This document shows positions 60,201 through 64,000 of a DNA stretch of 64,000 nucleotides, piece after piece. The stretch's first letter is position 1, and the number at the start of each line of letters is the position of its first letter. Source of the DNA: Myxococcota bacterium (lineage in GTDB: Bacteria; Myxococcota_A; SURF-8). Made by a program: the position numbers and the translations under genes. The stretch lies in contig CAXXQS010000002.1 in NCBI GenBank assembly GCA_963674735.2, forward strand, positions 1,920,001-1,984,000. The letters are read 5' to 3'. The notes below the pieces were generated by a model. The model was not told the DNA's origin, did not search any database, and was given only the letters and a program-made list of their open reading frames with translations.

Positions 60201-60755
60201 TCATGTCTCCCGCACCGTGGTTTTCTTGAACTTCATGCCCGTACATTTGGCTTTTCGGATAGCTTTCACGATGGGTTCAGCAAAAGAGGTCGTATTGCAG
60301 CCCCGCGGTCGAATCAGCCGACGATCACCCAGTTTCGATCGTTGAAGCATCGGAGCGACAATGCAGGATTTGTCGATGGTTCCATCCGCATTGCGACCGT
60401 AATCCGTCCATTCCTCGTCCAGCACATCCGGTGGATCGGGGATGTGCAGGGCGTAGTAGGTGTGACGGATGCCATTTTGGTCCACGATAATGTTTTCCAG
60501 CCATTCGTAGTCGTCCTGGGGTGAAGTATGCTGATCGATAATGGATTTCAAAAGATTCGAACAAAGCTCCCAACCTAAGTCGTTGACAAGGTAGTCGGAA
60601 AGAATGCCATCTCGTAACTCGAAAGTTACCGGAATCCATTTATCGTAATGCTTTCCTTCCCAAACTAGTGTGGCGTCGATGTCCCTAGGTGTATAGCCGA
60701 CGCCGAAGGACATGTCGGAACTGCGAAAAACATCGTAGAATAGTAATTGTTTCAT
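60201..60755 (-). CDS. Imm11-like immunity protein, cassette 4
   Basis: Protein identical to cassette 3. Confidence 0.75.
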   Translation of the reverse strand: MKQLLFYDVFRSSDMSFGVGYTPRDIDATLVWEGKHYDKWIPVTFELRDGILSDYLVNDLGWELCSNLLKSIIDQHTSPQDDYEWLENIIVDQNGIRHTYYALHIPDPPDVLDEEWTDYGRNADGTIDKSCIVAPMLQRSKLGDRRLIRPRGCNTTSFAEPIVKAIRKAKCTGMKFKKTTVRET

Positions 60756-60805
60756 CCTTCCCCCTTAATACCACTCGGATCGTACCATACCCGGTTCGAT
60801 GCTGT

Positions 60806-61360
60806 TCATGTCTCCCGCACCGTGGTTTTCTTGAACTTCATGCCCGTACATTTGGCTTTTCGGATAGCTTTCACGATGGGTTCAGCAAAAGAGGTCGTAT
60901 TGCAGCCCCGCGGTCGAATCAGCCGACGATCACCCAGTTTCGATCGTTGAAGCATCGGAGCGACAATGCAGGATTTGTCGATGGTTCCATCCGCATTGCG
61001 ACCGTAATCCGTCCATTCCTCGTCCAGCACATCCGGTGGATCGGGGATGTGCAGGGCGTAGTAGGTGTGACGGATGCCATTTTGGTCCACGATAATGTTT
61101 TCCAGCCATTCGTAGTCGTCCTGGGGTGAAGTATGCTGATCGATAATGGATTTCAAAAGATTCGAACAAAGCTCCCAACCTAAGTCGTTGACAAGGTAGT
61201 CGGAAAGAATGCCATCTCGTAACTCGAAAGTTACCGGAATCCATTTATCGTAATGCTTTCCTTCCCAAACTAGTGTGGCGTCGATGTCCCTAGGTGTATA
61301 GCCGACGCCGAAGGACATGTCGGAACTGCGAAAAACATCGTAGAATAGTAATTGTTTCAT
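60806..61360 (-). CDS. Imm11-like immunity protein, cassette 3
   Basis: Paralogue; GGGGGAAGG RBS. Confidence 0.75.
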   Translation of the reverse strand: MKQLLFYDVFRSSDMSFGVGYTPRDIDATLVWEGKHYDKWIPVTFELRDGILSDYLVNDLGWELCSNLLKSIIDQHTSPQDDYEWLENIIVDQNGIRHTYYALHIPDPPDVLDEEWTDYGRNADGTIDKSCIVAPMLQRSKLGDRRLIRPRGCNTTSFAEPIVKAIRKAKCTGMKFKKTTVRET

Positions 61361-61410
61361 CCTTCCCCCTTAATACCATTCGGAGCGAACCATGCCCGGT
61401 TCGATGTTGT

Positions 61411-61971
61411 TCATGTCTCCCGCACCGTGGTTTTCTTGAACTTCATGCCCGTACACTTGGCCTTTCGAATGGCTTTGACAATGGGGTCGGCCAAAAACGT
61501 CGTGCCGCAGCCGCGCGGTCGGATCACCCGACGATCACCCAGTTTCGATCGTTGAAGCATCGGAGCGACAATGCAGGATTTGTCGATGGTTCCATCTGCA
61601 TTGCGACCGTAATCCGTCCATTCCTCGTCCAGCACGTCCGGCCGGTCGGGGATGTGCAGGGCGTAGTATGTGTGACGGACACCGTGTGGATCAATAACGA
61701 TGTTTTCCAGCCATTCGTAGGCGTCGCTCGGTGAGGCGTTCTGATCGATGGTATTTTTTAGTCGTTCCGAGCATAGGTCCCATCCATACACGATGGCCTG
61801 ATAATCCGTGATTACTCCCACTCGTAAAATGAATTCCACGGGTTCCCACATGTTGTTCTGTTGTCTATCCAACAACATCCATTGCGGTGTTTTATTGATT
61901 ACCTCTGCCACTGGATGATTCAAGTCATCATCCATGAATAGCTTGTAGAAGCTAATAAAAGTATTTTTCAT
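61411..61971 (-). CDS. Imm11-like immunity protein, cassette 2 (divergent N-terminal third)
   Basis: Paralogue; AGGAGG RBS. Confidence 0.75.
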   Translation of the reverse strand: MKNTFISFYKLFMDDDLNHPVAEVINKTPQWMLLDRQQNNMWEPVEFILRVGVITDYQAIVYGWDLCSERLKNTIDQNASPSDAYEWLENIVIDPHGVRHTYYALHIPDRPDVLDEEWTDYGRNADGTIDKSCIVAPMLQRSKLGDRRVIRPRGCGTTFLADPIVKAIRKAKCTGMKFKKTTVRET

Positions 61972-62025
61972 ATTACCCCTCCTATGGATACCACTCGGAT
62001 CGTACCATGCCCGGTTCGACGCCGT

Positions 62026-62580
62026 TCATGTCTCTCGAACCTTGGTTTTCTTGAGCTTCATGCCCATGCATTTAGCTTTTCGAATGGCTTTGACAATGGG
62101 CTCGGCCAAAAACGTCGTACCGCAGCCGCGCGGTCGGATCAGCCGACGATCGCCCAGTTTCGATCGTTGCAACACTGGAGCGACAACGGATGATTTGCTG
62201 ATCTTTCCATCCATGCCATAGCCGTAATCCGTCCATTCCTCGTCCAGCACATCCGGTCTGTCGGGGATATGCAGGGCGTAGTAGGTGTGACGGATGCCGT
62301 CTTGGTCCACGACGACGTTTTCCAGCCATTCGTAGGCATCGCTCGGTGAGGCGTTCTGATCGATGATGGATCTAAGAAGTGGCGAACATAATTCCCAGCC
62401 TAAATCATTGACAAGATAGTCGGAAAGAATGCCATCACGTAGCTTGAAGGTTACCGGTTTCCATTCATCGTAATGCTTCCCTTCTTGTCTCAGTGTTGGA
62501 TAAAGGCCCTGAGGTGTATAACCAACGCCGAAGGACATATCAGAACTGCGAAACAGTTTATAGAAAAGTTGCTGAGCCAT
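62026..62580 (-). CDS. Imm11-like immunity protein, cassette 1 (presumed cognate)
   Basis: Starts 25 bp after the toxin stop; AGGAG RBS. Confidence 0.78.
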   Translation of the reverse strand: MAQQLFYKLFRSSDMSFGVGYTPQGLYPTLRQEGKHYDEWKPVTFKLRDGILSDYLVNDLGWELCSPLLRSIIDQNASPSDAYEWLENVVVDQDGIRHTYYALHIPDRPDVLDEEWTDYGYGMDGKISKSSVVAPVLQRSKLGDRRLIRPRGCGTTFLAEPIVKAIRKAKCMGMKLKKTKVRET

Positions 62581-62605
62581 GTCATCTCCTAAGCTTTGCA
62601 ACGAT

Positions 62606-63592
62606 TTATTCATACCATTCGGAGCGTATCATGCCCGGTTCATCCAGCACTTTTTCACGAACAAAACGGCCAAACAGATCCAGGAATTTATCAGCATCGG
62701 CACCGGCTTCACGTTGTGCTTCTTCCATTTTCTCCAATACAAATTTATGATAATCCTCCGCGTGCCGCCCGGTATGCGGGATTTCAACCTTGTTCCACGC
62801 ACCGTCGAGGTCGAGATCGTAAAAATCGGCGATCTTCTTGAACTCGGGTGTGTACTCCGAATGGTGGGTGTTGGATGCCAGGTGGTGCGTGTGGACTGGG
62901 AAAGACTTCAGCATGTCGCGGATGGCCGCGCGGCGTTCGGGCAGATCGTCCATGGCCTGTAGTGTCCGGCGGGCTTCGGCGACGCTCAGGAATTTCTTCC
63001 CGAATATGTAAACGACCGGACCGATCAGCAGGTCGGAAGGATCGGGAACACCCACCGCTTCAACGACTTCGGCGGCGGCGGCCAGGGCATCGGCGGCCTT
63101 TTGACCTGCCCGGTTCACGTCGGCGAGATAGGCTTGGCTGTCCGAGCCTTCGCCCGCCAGTGCTTGTTCGTGAGCCACCTTCCGTCGGATCTTCGCCTCC
63201 GCCTGATCCACGGGATCGCCGGTGAACCAGGATTTGACCCAGCCGCCCAGATTGTCCGCGTTCCAGAAATCCGATGGCGTTTCCGTTTCTTCATCCTCTC
63301 CGGTGAAGTGGAAGTCCATCTCGTCCATCCCTTCGTCGACCGGCGGTCTCGCGGCTACTTCCAATTTGCAGGCGCAATTGGGATGCAGGGGTGGGTGGAC
63401 GTCCCAATCCTGGGCGAGGCGTGTTTCTCCGTCGAGCGCCGCGCAGGCGTCGCAGGTCTTGTCGCCCGAGGTCACCCAGGTCAGGTATACCCGGTCGCCG
63501 TTATACCCGGCGACGGCAGCCAGGTGTCCGAACCGGCCCAGTTTCGCATAGGCCCGGTAGGTTTGGAGTCGTTCCGTTTCTATCTGCGCCAC
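62606..63592 (-). CDS. Polymorphic toxin: N-terminal minimal MuF (phage head morphogenesis-like) motif plus C-terminal AHH-like HNH nuclease
   Basis: WVTSGDKTCDACAALDG...PPLHPNCAC (MuF-like); THHLAS...LDGAWNKVEIP-HTGRH..YH (AHH-like); GTG start with GAGGAG RBS; followed by Imm11-like genes. Confidence 0.75.
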   Translation of the reverse strand: MAQIETERLQTYRAYAKLGRFGHLAAVAGYNGDRVYLTWVTSGDKTCDACAALDGETRLAQDWDVHPPLHPNCACKLEVAARPPVDEGMDEMDFHFTGEDEETETPSDFWNADNLGGWVKSWFTGDPVDQAEAKIRRKVAHEQALAGEGSDSQAYLADVNRAGQKAADALAAAAEVVEAVGVPDPSDLLIGPVVYIFGKKFLSVAEARRTLQAMDDLPERRAAIRDMLKSFPVHTHHLASNTHHSEYTPEFKKIADFYDLDLDGAWNKVEIPHTGRHAEDYHKFVLEKMEEAQREAGADADKFLDLFGRFVREKVLDEPGMIRSEWYE

Positions 63593-63714
63593 GATTGTCT
63601 CTCCTCACATGGATTCAAAGCACCGGTATCAGCATAGCGCATGCGGTGTAGAAATCAAGGAGCGAAAGAGTTCAAATAAGCGCATGAGGGAGCATGAAGG
63701 AGCGTGCAGGAGCG

Positions 63715-63999
63715 TCAGGGTGCATCGGGAGCGTCGGGGTCGTCTTCCAGATTCCACATGAATCGGCAGCGGCCCATCATGCAGGTTTCGATCGGTAAAC
63801 AATCGTCTTGATCCGAACATTGCGGTGGTGAGCACTCCTCGGCGATGCATAAAGCACCGATGGGGCAACTCGTGTCGTATTCACAACTCTGCTTGCGGCA
63901 AAGGGACTCGATGCAGGCGCTTTGGGGTGGGCAGTCGATGTTTGTTTCGCAGGGGAAGCTTTCACAGCCTGCCCGGTAACAAAGATAGCCGACCGGGCA
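63715..63999 (-). CDS. C-terminal end of a Cys-rich repeat protein (runs in from beyond the window)
   Basis: Not in ORF track. Open frame CPVGYLCYRAGCESFPCETNIDCPPQSACIESLCRKQSCEYDTSCPIGALCIAEECSPPQCSDQDDCLPIETCMMGRCRFMWNLEDDPDAPDAP* with a C-x5-C-x5-C-x4-C repeat. Confidence 0.75.
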   Translation of the reverse strand, partial: CPVGYLCYRAGCESFPCETNIDCPPQSACIESLCRKQSCEYDTSCPIGALCIAEECSPPQCSDQDDCLPIETCMMGRCRFMWNLEDDPDAPDAP

Positions 64000-64000
64000 A

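Larger units (their letters stand above)
58323..62641 (-). repeat. Tandem array of seven units of about 605-630 bp (30-bp toxin 3' end + RBS + immunity gene)
   Basis: 30-bp motif GAACCGGGYATGRTWCGM(TCC/AGT)GARTGGTAT at 62612, 61988, 61373, 60768, 60163, 59539 and 58909 (left ends). Confidence 0.93.

Noticed and set aside
58909-62641. 30-bp repeats as a CRISPR array or integron attC sites
   Set aside because: The intervening sequences are 575-600 bp paralogous genes, the repeats vary at codon third positions, and no attC-type palindrome or cas/integrase gene is visible.
63679-63744. Degenerate 9-10 bp GGAGCRT repeats upstream of the toxin as operators or iterons
   Set aside because: About half are explained by the DDPDAPDAP coding tail of the Cys-rich gene; the rest are too short and irregular.
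1-64000. rRNA, tRNA, IS/transposase or integrase genes
   Set aside because: None recognised by eye; small RNAs in the gaps at 20289-20784, 32091-32398 and 52018-52425 cannot be excluded without covariance searches.

Overview
Bacterial chromosome segment whose gene content (Glt/Nfs genes, Cys-rich repeat proteins, AHH/Imm11 pair) suggests a Myxococcota or other former-Deltaproteobacteria lineage; this is inference. From start to end: (1) 1-16.3 kb, a minus-strand surface-polysaccharide cluster (GmhA/HddA heptose genes, GT2, three GT4, two AsnB amidotransferases, heparinase II/III-like protein, DegT aminotransferase, two epimerases, Gfo/Idh/MocA). (2) DUF885, an atypical YchF and a FabK/NMO-family gene. 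(3) 20.8-31.6 kb, a single-locus Glt/Nfs-type envelope complex (OM barrel, gltC-D-E-F-G-H). (4) An FmdB zinc-ribbon gene ending in a UGA followed by a SECIS-like hairpin. (5) yajC-secD-secF. (6) A dcw cluster mraZ to ftsZ lacking murD and murB, with a STAS gene inserted, a 1-bp frameshift in ftsA, and candidate MraZ and tandem NrdR operators upstream. (7) A long RelA/SpoT homologue with a degenerate synthetase. (8) A thiolase plus FadN-like pair that each lack a catalytic residue. (9) The most striking part, 58.3-63.6 kb: a minimal-MuF/AHH-nuclease toxin with no phage genes in the window, followed by seven Imm11-like immunity cassettes. Each cassette is preceded by the same 30-bp toxin 3' end (EPGM[IV]RSEWY), which in five junctions forms a translationally coupled mini-ORF. 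Family assignments come from motif recognition, not database searches.
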